The notes: a model not told the origin generated them from the letters alone. DNA of 63,210 nt, filler included, from Craspedostauros australis (GCA_030167865.1; 21 parts of 21 records of this genome joined end to end with filler, not necessarily neighbours in it), one strand, 5' to 3'. Counted from the whole stretch's first letter, positions 10,800 to 22,634 are shown. Made by a program: numbers and translations.

Positions 10800-12251
10800 C
10801 AACAAAAAATTTGACAATGGTGCGCACAGGCGCAAAAAACGGCTCTGGCAAAGTCAACCAGAGCGCTCGATCGACGCCGACCATGGCACAAGGATGTCCA
10901 GGACAAGGAGGCCGAAGTGGCAAGCGACTATCCAGGCAAAAAGATGCCAAAAACAACCCACTGAAAACAAGAACCATTGGACTTGGAGTCATCAGCACGA
11001 GAGAAGTTGGGGTGACAACCTCTGCAAGAGGAACCTGATGACATGGGGCTTGGAACCTTTCCAAGCTGCATCTGGGGAAGAGGGCACATTTGACGAGCCC
11101 ATTGCCTTTGTAAAGGAGATGAGGGACGATCTGGCGGACGGAGTATCCTTCGAACAGTGGAAGCAGCTGTTCAGCAATGCGGACGACAACAAACTAACCA
11201 CAGAATCCAACCTGCTGATGTTGCAAATCATGGTGCAACTGTTGGCAACATCCAACATCTTCTCCTCTTCAATGTGGAAATTGGACAGATCCTATCCACA
11301 CATGTGACAGCTGCATGGATTGCAGCAAGGACGGTATTCATGGAGGTCAAGGGCACCCATCTCGACAAAATGAAGATGAAGAAGCTCCACAGGCCAACTC
11401 TCCAAACCCCACATCCAAAAAGAAGTTGTGCAAGCCAGAAAAAACAAAGTAATGGTGTACCCAAGGAAGAACCCACAAGCTTGAGAACTGGTGAGCATCA
11501 ATGATGTCCTCAGCAACATCCACAAGAGCTTCTTTGATGTGTGTCTGCCAATGTCAAGGGACGGCAGTGAAACTCTGTTGGTGCAAGTCATCGCAGGATT
11601 GAACGCGTTACGCGCATTCATTTTCCGCACTGACTCCAAGACGAAAATCCTGGCATGGCAGAGAAGCAAAAAGCTATGACCCTGGATGGCCGCGGACGTT
11701 GCATGGACCAGCTGTGAGATGCTGAAGCAATTCGTAGAGATTCTCTATGCAAGAACAGGATTCATAACCTACATGTGCATTTGGGTTGGCCACAAACAGG
11801 ACCTTGACACTTTTGAGGATGATGGAACACTAGTAACAGCTGCGATGGCTTTCAGGAAGTCTGACATGCAGAAAAACAACATTGTGGCAGCAGGTTGGCT
11901 GTTCGGCAGCCACAGCACCATGAATATGGAGGATTTGGCAGAAGTAATCAATGAGCATGAGGTTGTGAAGAACCAATGCATAGTTCAACTTCACATCCAT
12001 AAGATTCAACTGGTGAAGAAGAGAGGACAACAATCAGAATTGGATGGCTACCACAACTGGCCAAGGGCCACCCACATCATGTGCAGCAAGTCAAAGCCCA
12101 GATCCTGCCATGTCGTGATGAAAGACATGGTCAACAACTGTGCAGACACGGTACTCCTTCTCGGAAAACAGATGAGGTTCATGCTGGACGCTCTTGACCA
12201 ACAGTTCTATCACCCACGCTTGGAACTCGCGAACTTGAGTTTGATGGTAGC
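10800..12251 (+). pseudogene. Degenerate ORF, probably ORF1 of a diatom non-LTR retrotransposon (Ambal-like)
   Basis: A chain of broken ORFs with motifs AGWLFGSH...ATHIMC...LGKQMRF that recall diatom LINE ORF1 proteins. Visibly CpG-poor. No RT in the contig. Confidence 0.4.
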
Positions 12252-12351
12252 NNNNNNNNNNNNNNNNNNNNNNNNNNNNNNNNNNNNNNNNNNNNTTAAT
12301 TAATTAANNNNNNNNNNNNNNNNNNNNNNNNNNNNNNNNNNNNNNNNNNNN

Positions 12352-13229
12352 GCCAACTTCTTCTCCACTGGCGACGCGTCTGCGAATGCGGCGACAATAT
12401 CCTTCTTTGAAATCAAGTGTCCAGCATGGTCAGACCGAAATGTTTTCTCAAAGGCAGCTAGAGGAGTGAAGTTTCGACGCTGCATCGTTGCGTTGACGAT
12501 GATATTGGCACCATGGTCCTTCCGTTTCTTTCGCTCCACCAATCCACTTGATTGGAACTTCTTCAAATGGCGATACAGTGTGCTCGGATCCACATCCCAT
12601 GCATGTGCGATGAGCTTCCTTGCGCGCTGGGACGAGTCTAAATTGATACAGAGCACCATATAGTTGGTCCTGTCCTTCAACGTCAACTGCTTCTTCCGAC
12701 AGTCTCCCAGAGGTCTGTGTGTGTCCGCATCCGACCGCAGCCATCCCAAAGAAGCTTGACCTTTCTTCATTCCTTGTTCAAGCTCTGCAAGTACCGCATC
12801 CTTGTCCTCTGTCGCACGTTGTATGAGGCACTCAACCTTGGCTTGTTGCGCGTCCAGTGTTCTCTTGCATGTGGGTGTGCTGGATGTCTCCTTTGCTGCT
12901 GCAATCGCAATGAGCGAGTTGTGCTGCGGTGATAGGAGAGATGGTCTTTCAACATTGATGTTGGGACGTCTCCTGGCCTTGGTGGCAAGAAAATGGGGAG
13001 CACACACTGACTCTGGGACGAGGTATACGTGCTTCCTCCCAATCACTGGCGATACTTGAAGCATCAGCTCATCTCCGGATGCAGGAGACTGGCCGTCGTT
13101 TCGATCGACAATGCTGCCATCAGCTCTCTTTGTCTTCAAGCTTTGGACATAGTACTGGCCTTTGGGTAGCAGCTTTCGATTCACTGTGACAGCAGTGGTC
13201 AAAGCAATCAAATCCCCGACACGAACCAT
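12352..13229 (-). mobile_element. N-terminal part of a Tc1/mariner/IS630-like transposase (HTH), 3' truncated
   Basis: HTH followed by a basic linker: IAHAWDVDPSTLYRHLKKFQSSGLVERKKRKDHG. The catalytic domain is not in the contig. Confidence 0.6.
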
Positions 13230-13394
13230 GGGCAGAGGGCAATGAGGGTTGTTGTATTCGTATCAATTGTGATGGTTGATGTTTGCTGTTGCTTGCAGTA
13301 CTNNNNNNNNNNNNNNNNNNNNNNNNNNNNNNNNNNNNNNNNNNNNNNNNNNNNNNNNNNNNNNNNNNNNNNNNNNNNNNNNNNNNNNNNNNNN

Positions 13395-13605
13395 GATGAT
13401 GATGATGATGATGATGGTGTGATCCAATTGGGATCATGAGCGTCGATGCCGCCCCTGTGTTTGTTTTTGTTGCTGTTGATGTCAGTGGCTGACCTGTCCT
13501 CACTGGTCATCCTCTGTGTTTCCTGTGCTCTCGTACCTCCTGTGCTAATCGTGATATCTTTGACTTGTTTGACTCGATGTCTCTTTTCGCTTATGCTCCA
13601 ATTCT
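13395..13605 (-). repeat. Diverged dispersed repeat, homologous (inverted) to 18326..18530
   Basis: Aligns by eye (ttggagcataagcgaaaagagacatcgag vs ttggagcgtgagcgaaaatggacatcgaa) with many transitions. Confidence 0.75.
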
Positions 13606-13799
13606 CACACTCCTGCAACAAGTTTGGGAATCATCACACAGCAGCACATAGCAGGCAGCAGACAGCCGACAGCACAGCCAACAAGTCGAATTCAAGGTTN
13701 NNNNNNNNNNNNNNNNNNNNNNNNNNNNNNNNNNNNNNNNNNNTTAATTAATTAANNNNNNNNNNNNNNNNNNNNNNNNNNNNNNNNNNNNNNNNNNNN

Positions 13800-16700
13800 C
13801 TCACCCAAACATCCATCAACATGCTCCGCGCTGCCGATCGCGCCAATCCGGCGTCCAAGAGCCGCTCCTTGTGGCCGAGCGGGATCAAGTACAAAGTCAC
13901 CGATCGCATTATCCGTCACGATCCGTTCATCGCCAACAAGACCAACGGCAAGAACAAGCAAGCCAAGAATGGCTTCCTTTCCAGCCTCATGTCCGGCCGC
14001 TCATCGTCGTCGCCACCTTCATTCGATGAACCCAACATCAAAGGTTCGGACCTCGCCTTCCTCCAGTATACATCTGGAAGCACGGGCGACCCCAAGGGCG
14101 TGATGGTGACCCACAACGCACTGAGAGCCAACATCGAGCTCGTGCAGAGCTACTGGTTCGAGTCATTCAAAGACCAGCTGGGTGGCGCAAGCCAAGTCCC
14201 GGAGCGCATCGCGACATGCTCCTGGCTTCCCCAGTACCACGACATGGGTCTCATCGAGATGGGCATTGCGCCATTGGCAGGTGCCTACCGTTCTCATATG
14301 ATTTCGCCGGTTGCTTTCATCCGCAACCCATTGCTCTGGGTTGATCTCATGTCGCAGCACAAGTGCCATATCAGCGCCGCCCCTGACTTCGGTTATCGGC
14401 TGGTCACCCGCAAGTACAACGAGGCCCTGGAGAGCCCCAAAGGGCAGACTAATCCCATCCCCAAGCTGGACCTCTCGAGCGTGCTTCATCTCCAGAACGC
14501 CGCTGAACCAATCCGGCTTGACACCGAGAAGAACTTCGCCGATGCATTCTGTCAGTACAACTTGCGCGAGGACTGGTTCCTCGCAGCGTACGGACTGGCG
14601 GAGAACGTGGTTGGCGTCAGCTACAACCATGGCTTCCATCTCTCAACCATGAGACCAGATGAAGATCTCCAACCATTCGTCGCCATCGCCCAGCGCAGCA
14701 ATCTGCACAGCTCGGTCGACATCATCATCGTTGACCCGGACATTTGTGTGCAACGTCCAGACAACGTCACTGGGGAGATCTGGGTCGCAGGAGCGTCCGT
14801 TACTGCTGGATACTACAATCAGCCACAGCTCAGCAAGGAGGCCTTCCAAGCCACAATGCGAGTGGAGGGTGATTCATCGTCCGATGCCAATGCCAGTGCC
14901 GATGGCAAGATGTACTTGCGCACAGGTGACTACGGATTCTATCAAGACGACTACCTCTACATCTGCGGCCGCAAGAAGGACATCGTCATCGTCAACGGTG
15001 TCAACTACTATCCCCAAGACATCGAACACGCCGTCGAGGAGGCATCGTCCGCTGTCCGTTCAGGTTGCGTGGCCGCCTTCTCGTCCGACGATTCAGGCAA
15101 CGATGGACAGCTGGAGATCGTCTTTGAGATCCGAGCTAGCCATGTGAAGGATGCCAAGACGGTCTGCCAACAAGTCAGGAGGAACGTCATCTCACAGATC
15201 GGATTGACACCGGCAACAGTCGCAGCTGTGGAAGAGCGATCCATCTCCAAAACGACGAGCGGAAAGATCCAGAGACGCCAAAGTCGTCACCGTCTGCACG
15301 CCGGGTCGCAAAAGATGGTGTTCGAATCGAAGGGAGCGCTTGACATCACGGGCAAGCAGAAGGACATTGAAAGTCAGTTGACAGATGAGACTCTCTCGGT
15401 GGACAGCACCATCGGCCAACGTTCTGGGTTTGGCGCGATGGGCTTGTGTGAGATCGTGAAGAGCTGCACAGGATCCAACACCAAGCCCGACGATGAATGG
15501 AAGGATATCGGACTATCCTCCATGATGGAGCTGGAGCTCCGCCAGTCCCTTTCTCAGCGATACAACACGGAACTTCCCGCAAACGTCTTCCAACTCTTCC
15601 CGAAAGTTCTGGATCTCAATACTTTCCTCGAGGCATCAAAGGGAGAGCCCCTGCCAACCAATCTCCCAACCCTCAAGAGGATCGTTACCATCCCAAACGA
15701 AAAGCCTCTGTCGCAAACATCCGTCGCAATCATCCAGGCCATCGGTGTGCTCGTCGTGGTCCTCATCTTCTCGTTCCCCACCGTCCCAGTGTACGAAGTT
15801 GGAAAGGCCATTGCCGACTCCGACGTTCTCTCCGGTCATGAATGGGTGCTGCTCCCATTGATCGTTCCAGTCTGGGCCATTACGCTCACCTTCGTGATCA
15901 TCCTCTCGAAGTGGATCGTCATTGGCAGATACACAGAGGGGTATGCCAATCAAACCAGCATCTATTTCATCCGATGGTGGTTCGTTGACCGGTTGGTCGA
16001 TATCTGGGAACGATTCGTCGGCCGCATCATCGCTGGCACACCTTTGATGATGCTTTTCTACTATCTGATGGGTGCCGACATCCATCGCTCGGCCAGCGTG
16101 AACGGGACCGTCCGGGAGTTTGACCTGGTCAAGGTCGATGCAAACGCCATGGTCAACACGAACATCCGATGCCGGGTCTTCGGCCCATGGAAGGATGAGC
16201 AGCAGGGTCCCAGCGTGAAGTTCCGCAAGACTCAAGTTGGATCCAATGCTGCGGTCAATGGCGTCTTGCTTGCTGGGGTCAGCGTCGGCTCTGGCTGCCA
16301 AGTGCAGCGTGTGACCGTGTTGGTGGAGGGATCTCAAGCACCACCAAACACCTCAATCAGAGGCAACCCAGCATTTGTCGAGGCTCCTTCGTCGACTCTC
16401 AAGGGCGATGATGAAGAATCCGCAACCGCAACAGCGACTGGGGATACGACATCCACTACATGCACCAGTCCATGGATCGTGCTGGGAATGATGAAGCTTC
16501 TTTGGCTGCTCGTCGAGCTGTGCTTCGCCTTCGCATGCTTCGTGGGTGCTGATCAGTTGGTCGGAGATGGGCTTCCAGATTGGAGGTACTCCTCCATCAT
16601 TTATTGGATCGCCCTCTTTGGCCTCACGTCCGTCTGTTTCTTGATCACCAGCATCATCCTCAAGTGGGTGCTGATCGGAAAGAAGCAATCCGGTCCGGCG

Positions 16701-17837
16701 CGAACAGGAACGTTCTCCAGGTTCGCTGACTGGGCTTGTGACTTCCATTTCTACATCGGGACAACTGTATTCCTCGACTTGACATTGTTCTCCCAGTTTT
16801 GGAACCTCGTTCTCATGGCGCACGGCATGGACATAGACATGCGATCGAGGGCGATGACAGTCCTGTTCCCCCCATCCAAGCTGGATCTCATCACGGTCAG
16901 GCGATCTTTCGTGTCCTTTTGCGACCTCGATGTCCAAGAGGGCGACCAGTACAAAGCAATCACTATTGAAGATAGCAGTATCGGCATGTCACTGACTTGC
17001 GGCCCTGGTGTGACCATCCGCAAAGCCATGGTGACTCCCTGCACCCACGTAACCAGCGATATGATCAATATTGACCATCATCCTAACAATGTGCCTCTCT
17101 CCACATTGGAATTCTTGATCCTCAACATCAACAACACCCTGCTGCATATCATCATCCTTGCGGCAGTGACAGCCAGCCTCGTCCCATCATATGAGCTGTT
17201 GGCGGTCGCACTCAAACCAGACACGACAACGGCGCTGGTTCCGATCTTCATCTCTGCATCCACCATCATCCAGACCATCATCTGGCTCGTTCTCTTGCGG
17301 GTAATTGAGACCATCTCCATCGCGGGAAGTACCACGCGTGGAGGACCATGGTGCATTTCATTGCATATGGTCTACTACACTTGCTGCCAGTTCTTCCAGG
17401 CTTGGTCCTTCGAGTCGGTTGTTTGGGGCACACCAATCATGAACGCCCTGTTGCGATTCCGAGGAGCGACCATCCAGGGAAAGATGCTGTACTTTGGATT
17501 CCGCATCTATGAAGCTCCGCTGTTGACTTTTGCTGATAGGGCAGTGATGGATGACGCGATCATCTGCGGTCATTACGGTGTATTTTCCACGCTGTCGTTG
17601 GGAACATCCTACATCGATGGTCTGATGCACCAGATGTCGTTTGCGCTCATGAGGAAGGGCTCAGCAACGAAGGGCGCCGCCTTGGTGGAGCACGCCCCAT
17701 GGAAGATGGTCAGCGACATGCAAGCATCAGACAAAAGGAAATCACTGCCATCGTCCGACACCTTGCTATCCGAAGAGGGGGAAGGACGCAAGGACTCTCA
17801 GGATCCAGCGGATGATACCCGCGTACCTGATGTCTAA
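13800..17837 (+). CDS. NRPS-like fatty acyl-AMP ligase - acyl carrier - Pls/TIGR02353-type membrane C-terminal domain protein, 5' truncated
   Basis: FAAL motifs AFLQYTSGSTGDPKG, SWLPQYHDMGLI, YGLAE, GEIWV, LRTGD, GRKKD..NYYPQDIE and KTTSGKIQR. Carrier motif IGLSSM (Ser 15519-15521). Three pairs of TM helices are each followed by a KWxxIG and/or GTP..MGAxI/hexapeptide-like segment. Confidence 0.9.
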   Translation, partial: LTQTSINMLRAADRANPASKSRSLWPSGIKYKVTDRIIRHDPFIANKTNGKNKQAKNGFLSSLMSGRSSSSPPSFDEPNIKGSDLAFLQYTSGSTGDPKGVMVTHNALRANIELVQSYWFESFKDQLGGASQVPERIATCSWLPQYHDMGLIEMGIAPLAGAYRSHMISPVAFIRNPLLWVDLMSQHKCHISAAPDFGYRLVTRKYNEALESPKGQTNPIPKLDLSSVLHLQNAAEPIRLDTEKNFADAFCQYNLREDWFLAAYGLAENVVGVSYNHGFHLSTMRPDEDLQPFVAIAQRSNLHSSVDIIIVDPDICVQRPDNVTGEIWVAGASVTAGYYNQPQLSKEAFQATMRVEGDSSSDANASADGKMYLRTGDYGFYQDDYLYICGRKKDIVIVNGVNYYPQDIEHAVEEASSAVRSGCVAAFSSDDSGNDGQLEIVFEIRASHVKDAKTVCQQVRRNVISQIGLTPATVAAVEERSISKTTSGKIQRRQSRHRLHAGSQKMVFESKGALDITGKQKDIESQLTDETLSVDSTIGQRSGFGAMGLCEIVKSCTGSNTKPDDEWKDIGLSSMMELELRQSLSQRYNTELPANVFQLFPKVLDLNTFLEASKGEPLPTNLPTLKRIVTIPNEKPLSQTSVAIIQAIGVLVVVLIFSFPTVPVYEVGKAIADSDVLSGHEWVLLPLIVPVWAITLTFVIILSKWIVIGRYTEGYANQTSIYFIRWWFVDRLVDIWERFVGRIIAGTPLMMLFYYLMGADIHRSASVNGTVREFDLVKVDANAMVNTNIRCRVFGPWKDEQQGPSVKFRKTQVGSNAAVNGVLLAGVSVGSGCQVQRVTVLVEGSQAPPNTSIRGNPAFVEAPSSTLKGDDEESATATATGDTTSTTCTSPWIVLGMMKLLWLLVELCFAFACFVGADQLVGDGLPDWRYSSIIYWIALFGLTSVCFLITSIILKWVLIGKKQSGPARTGTFSRFADWACDFHFYIGTTVFLDLTLFSQFWNLVLMAHGMDIDMRSRAMTVLFPPSKLDLITVRRSFVSFCDLDVQEGDQYKAITIEDSSIGMSLTCGPGVTIRKAMVTPCTHVTSDMINIDHHPNNVPLSTLEFLILNINNTLLHIIILAAVTASLVPSYELLAVALKPDTTTALVPIFISASTIIQTIIWLVLLRVIETISIAGSTTRGGPWCISLHMVYYTCCQFFQAWSFESVVWGTPIMNALLRFRGATIQGKMLYFGFRIYEAPLLTFADRAVMDDAIICGHYGVFSTLSLGTSYIDGLMHQMSFALMRKGSATKGAALVEHAPWKMVSDMQASDKRKSLPSSDTLLSEEGEGRKDSQDPADDTRVPDV

Positions 17838-18325
17838 TCGCCGATCTATTCTCTACATTGGCCGGTATCGTCTGAAGAGGATGATCAATCTCATGCGATC
17901 AACACGATAGAGAAGGCAAAGGAGGTGCATACCATTGTGAAGCGAAGTGAAGTGTTCTGCTCCAAGTCGATTCTATCCACATAGTTGTGCGAGCAGCAGA
18001 GAGAGTAGAGCCTAGCAGAACAGTCTACACATTCTGTGATGTCAGCATTGCTGATCTATCTAAACGGACATAATTTATCGTACACAGACACACCCGAACG
18101 GGCCGATCGGACACGCTCTGTGAGGTCATTTCTTGTCTGTCGTTGTAGTTCATGTCCGATCGAAAACTCGAACGAACAGCTTGTTCACCATCCGCACGTC
18201 TCGCTTGTTTGGGTTAACTGATGATCGCGACGCAAGGAGATGAAAGGAGACGTCGGATTGGCATTGGAATCTTTCGAGAAAACTGACGAATGTTCTTGGG
18301 GTTGGGTGTGCTCCGTTCCAGGTAC

Positions 18326-18530
18326 TATTGGAGCGTGAGCGAAAATGGACATCGAATCAAACAGGTCGAAGATGTCACGCTGAGCACAGAAAGCGCGAGA
18401 GCACAAGCAACACAGAGGATGACCGATGAGAACGGGTCAGCCGCTGTCATCAACAAGAACATCAACAAAGACAAGAGCAACAGCAGAAAAGCTCATAATC
18501 CCAATTAGGTTACACCATCAACATCATCAT
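18326..18530 (+). repeat. Second copy of the diverged repeat at 13395..13605
   Basis: Alignment by eye, roughly three quarters identical. Confidence 0.75.
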
Positions 18531-18737
18531 CTGTATCACCACATTCCGTTAGTTTATCCCTTCATGACCTAGGGGATTACTTCGATCCAATATAAATTTC
18601 ATTGTCACTCCATTCCGTTTTTGACCGCAACTTTTACNNNNNNNNNNNNNNNNNNNNNNNNNNNNNNNNNNNNNNNNNNNNTTAATTAATTAANNNNNNN
18701 NNNNNNNNNNNNNNNNNNNNNNNNNNNNNNNNNNNNN

Positions 18738-19520
18738 ATGTCATGCAGCATGTACTCCATGTACATCTCATCTTGCAGTATTGGTTCATCTCATCATGCA
18801 TCTCATCATGCATCTCATCATACATCTCAGATATTCCATCTCCTGCCCTCTACCAATAGTTTCGTTAGCGTAGACATCACTGAGTCGTAGGCATCACACA
18901 AATCGGCTCATTCGATCAGATCAGGGTTTCCCATTCGTCACGGGAACACCTTGGTTGGGAGCTCATTCAGCTCCTCGACCATCCCACATCTCCGATCGAC
19001 TCCGATCGTTTCTCTCCAATCGTTTCTCTCCGATCGTTTCTCTCCAATCGTTTCTCTCCGATCGTTTCTCTCCAATCGTTTCTCTCCGATCGTTTCTCTC
19101 TCATCGTTTCTCCCTTTACCTTGCCGATCACTTCACCGGCTTCCTGGATGTTCCTCATACCAGGTTCGTTCACCGGTTGTCTCACACTTCATGATGTCGG
19201 CCTTCCTCCAGTACTCTTTTTCATTGGTTGCGACATGGGGGCCGTAGTCGCTCGTGTCGTGATGTTGGTCACGATTCCAACATCCCCGCCCCCTGCGACA
19301 TACACGTGTGATTCGCATTCCTGCATTGGAGTCATGAACGTCAGGCATGGTTCGCATTCGGCACGTGGTGTTCTCCACCGCGTGTTACGTGCAGCTCACA
19401 TTTTTCTGTGTCACAATGATCAAACGTGGGAGTTGCGGTAATGTAGAATATCCCCACGTTCGGCTCCTTACTCTTGGGAGGTGCGGCAATATGATGTTTC
19501 AGAACACCCGATTCCTGACA
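18738..19520. mobile_element. LTR-like repeat family E (ends ...CCCGATTCCTGACA) with internal 14-bp tandem array at 19001..19113
   Basis: Homologous to 26141..26572, and the similarity stops exactly at the shared CA terminus. Confidence 0.75.
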
Positions 19521-19601
19521 CGGGGTGTCGTACATTAACTGCACACTAATATGTATTCGTACTAATCTGATATAATGCATTGCGGTGAGACGAGGTGGCA
19601 A

Positions 19602-22247
19602 TCACCTTGCGTCGGCGCTGGATGTGCGAAGCTCAACATCTTCCACCACCGGGAGGCCTTGGACCCATCTTCCTTGATGCTCGATCGTACCATCTTCGTT
19701 GAAGTGCGTTCCGAACCCATCCATCTGACCATTCTTCCAGTCGCCATTGTAGTGGCTGCCATCCGACCACTGCATGCGACCACGACCGTCGACTTGATCA
19801 TTCTCCCATTGCCCTTCGTAGTACATGCGTTTGCTTGCATCGAAGAAGTATGTGCCGAAGCCGTTACGCTTGTGATTGGCAAAGAGGCCAACGTACTTGG
19901 TGCCATCAGTGAATTCCATGGTGCCATCCTTCATGGCGTCGTCTTGGAATTGACCATCGAAGACACGGCCATCGTGAAAGCGGTATGTGCCGGTGCCCTG
20001 CTTACGGCCGTTGAGGAATGCCCCGGTGTATTGATCACCGGAGGTGAGTACGAGAATGCCGTGACCATGGAATTCGCCATGATGCCACTGCCCCGTGTAT
20101 GATTCGCACTTTGTGCAGTCCCGAGGAGGTTGGGCATTGTGTTGGTACAGAATGGTGCCGGAGCCTTCGGGGAGCTGCGAGATGCGGCACAGCGTTCCAG
20201 CGTACCATCCCTTGCGGCCGTCAGCGTCGCGCAGAGGTCTGTCTTGGACTTGTTTCAAGCTCGGCGTATTGCCTTGGCTGGCCGAATTCTGCGGATGTTG
20301 CAATGGCGTGAGCTCATCGCTGTTGTTCACGTTGTTGTCACCATCGCCTGGTTCTCTCCACGATAATTCAATGTCCGCGCTTGTGCTTGTGCTTGTTCTT
20401 GCCTGAGATTCTTCCAGCTTCACCAAGGAAGCTTCTCTTGGGAAGTTGACGAACCTCTTGGAAGTGACGCGGAGATTCCTTCGGTTTGTGCTGACTGCCA
20501 CGCTTTCGTTGTTGTTGGTGCTTGCAGGAGCGGCATCATGCACTTTCATGTCCGGGAAGCGGGTTGGAGGCTGAACAACGGGGACGGTGGTAGTTGGTTG
20601 CTCGACGACGGGATGGTAGACGGATGGGCGGTGCACGTTGGGCGAGCCAGCATCAGAATCAGGACGGAAATTGCCATACGATGTTGTTCTATTTCCGCTG
20701 TTTCGCTTTGGGCGGCGCTGATTTGTTTGTTGGAATGGGGCGGTTTCGATGGTCTGAGGACCCTTGTCTTCCCGCGGAATCTGGGGAAAGGGTGGTAGAT
20801 AGACCTCACGGCCGAAGCTATGCGCCGAGGCATCCATGGTTTGGGAGGATACTTCGGCATGTAGCGGCGCTGGCGGACGGTATTGGTGCTTGCGTTGACG
20901 AGTCCTTGGCGTAGACAATAGCAGCGCAACGTTTGTGGTTGCATCCTTGTGTGTGGCGTTTGCACGGCTTCGCCTGCCGCTGCTGCGAACGACCGGGTTG
21001 ATCGTTCCGTTGCGAGAAAACGGTGCGATCGGATCCATCGAGGAGAAACTTGCTTGGGGCAGCAGCATCTTTCTTGACGTGAAATGCACCTTTGCTGTAG
21101 TAGCCGCGGGTCCATCAGGCTTCGTCTGATCCTCGTCTGCACTGATGCCTTCGGCACTGGTTCTATCATTCACATTGTCGGCACTGGCGTTGGCGTCGTC
21201 GCTGCCATTGCCATCATCATCATCGACAACGGCTTCGTCGGAATCGAATGAATTCGTCGACAGCCTCTGCAGTGCCGACGCAAGCGTGAGACTGGATATG
21301 AGGCGCGCACCATGAAGAGCATGCTGATGGACATCGATGGTGGTACCAACGGGGACACGCGAAAGATCATCCGCACAACACACGTCGGCTGCTGAGGCGG
21401 ACCGGGGCACCCTCTTGCTCGGGACAGCTGAGGTCGAAAGATTCCTGAGGTCGTTTGATGCTGGCAGAGATGAGGTGGTGGTGACCCTGCGCGCCGTTTC
21501 CTGCGGTGGAGAAGGATCGTCATCTCCACCGCCGCGACGATTGTTGCGAGTGTCGGCTGGCATGCTTTCGTCTCTCGCGCCATGCAAGCAGAGTTGTGTA
21601 TCAACGTTGGATTGGTGGCGGCAGTTGTTCACGCGCTGGATCATTCGACCGTTGATGGGTTCCACCGTATCAACCGCACTGTCGGCATCGTCGCCTTCTT
21701 CCCCTTTCTTCGTGCTCTCATCGATCTGAAGCAGGTCATGCTCATCTGCTGGAGTACTAGCAGGAGGGACCTTGACATCAGAACCAGCATTATCAACGTC
21801 AACAACATCGGCATCGTTTTCGATTCGTGGCGTTGAACTTTCGGGCGGCTTTGCTGCTGCTGCTGCCGAGCCCAGAGTTTGGATGATCCCTTGGCCGACG
21901 TTGAACACAAACTGGCAATTTGGACAGCGCATGTTCGCGCGCGCTGAACCTGGTGACGTGTTTGCGGCCGCATGCTCATGATCATCCTGGTGCTGAGCTC
22001 GCTCTTGCTGCGGCGCTCTCTTTTGCGACTGCTGGAGCTCCGCTTGGAGATGCTCAATGTAATTCTCCTTGCGGCGAAGCTCCTGCCTCAGCGTGGCCAG
22101 CGAGATGACGGAGATTGGCGAAGAGTCCGAACCAATGGATGGCGATGGGGACGAGTGTTGCGACACGTGCGCATGGGGCGAGGATGAAGCGACGAGGCCT
22201 TCCTCCGTCCTTTGAGACGTACTCGTGATGACGGAGGTTGTGGACAT
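19602..22247 (-). CDS. MORN-repeat protein with N-terminal coiled coil and long disordered region
   Basis: About 7 C-terminal YxGxWxxxxxxGxG repeats (YTGQWHHGEFHGHG, YEGQWENDQVDGRG). First ATG at 22247. Confidence 0.9.
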   Translation of the reverse strand: MSTTSVITSTSQRTEEGLVASSSPHAHVSQHSSPSPSIGSDSSPISVISLATLRQELRRKENYIEHLQAELQQSQKRAPQQERAQHQDDHEHAAANTSPGSARANMRCPNCQFVFNVGQGIIQTLGSAAAAAKPPESSTPRIENDADVVDVDNAGSDVKVPPASTPADEHDLLQIDESTKKGEEGDDADSAVDTVEPINGRMIQRVNNCRHQSNVDTQLCLHGARDESMPADTRNNRRGGGDDDPSPPQETARRVTTTSSLPASNDLRNLSTSAVPSKRVPRSASAADVCCADDLSRVPVGTTIDVHQHALHGARLISSLTLASALQRLSTNSFDSDEAVVDDDDGNGSDDANASADNVNDRTSAEGISADEDQTKPDGPAATTAKVHFTSRKMLLPQASFSSMDPIAPFSRNGTINPVVRSSGRRSRANATHKDATTNVALLLSTPRTRQRKHQYRPPAPLHAEVSSQTMDASAHSFGREVYLPPFPQIPREDKGPQTIETAPFQQTNQRRPKRNSGNRTTSYGNFRPDSDAGSPNVHRPSVYHPVVEQPTTTVPVVQPPTRFPDMKVHDAAPASTNNNESVAVSTNRRNLRVTSKRFVNFPREASLVKLEESQARTSTSTSADIELSWREPGDGDNNVNNSDELTPLQHPQNSASQGNTPSLKQVQDRPLRDADGRKGWYAGTLCRISQLPEGSGTILYQHNAQPPRDCTKCESYTGQWHHGEFHGHGILVLTSGDQYTGAFLNGRKQGTGTYRFHDGRVFDGQFQDDAMKDGTMEFTDGTKYVGLFANHKRNGFGTYFFDASKRMYYEGQWENDQVDGRGRMQWSDGSHYNGDWKNGQMDGFGTHFNEDGTIEHQGRWVQGLPVVEDVELRTSSADAR

Positions 22248-22634
22248 GGTTGAGTTGGTTTGGGTCGATGTTTTCACAACGGATATGTGATGGCGTGGGT
22301 AGCGATGGTGATGGCGATAGCGATGATGGCGATAGCGATGATGGCGGTGGCAAGGAGGTGGGGGAAGGTATCAGTGTTGGTTTCAGTCCGGTTATAGCTG
22401 TGGGCACGTGCTTTGATGCAACTGCCCGAAAGGAAAGATGGAATAAATGAGATGAAAGTGTCCATGACTCAAATGGTGCTATCCACTGTGTCGATGTCGC
22501 TGATTGTGCTCACGATGATGGTGACGATGGAGAAGTGCCGTGTTGGCGCGCGATTGACGCGCCCCGACCCTTATCTGTGCCCTGTTGGCAGGTCGTTTTG
22601 CGTTTGTGCCACCGCTTCCTTCGATTTGGTCTTC

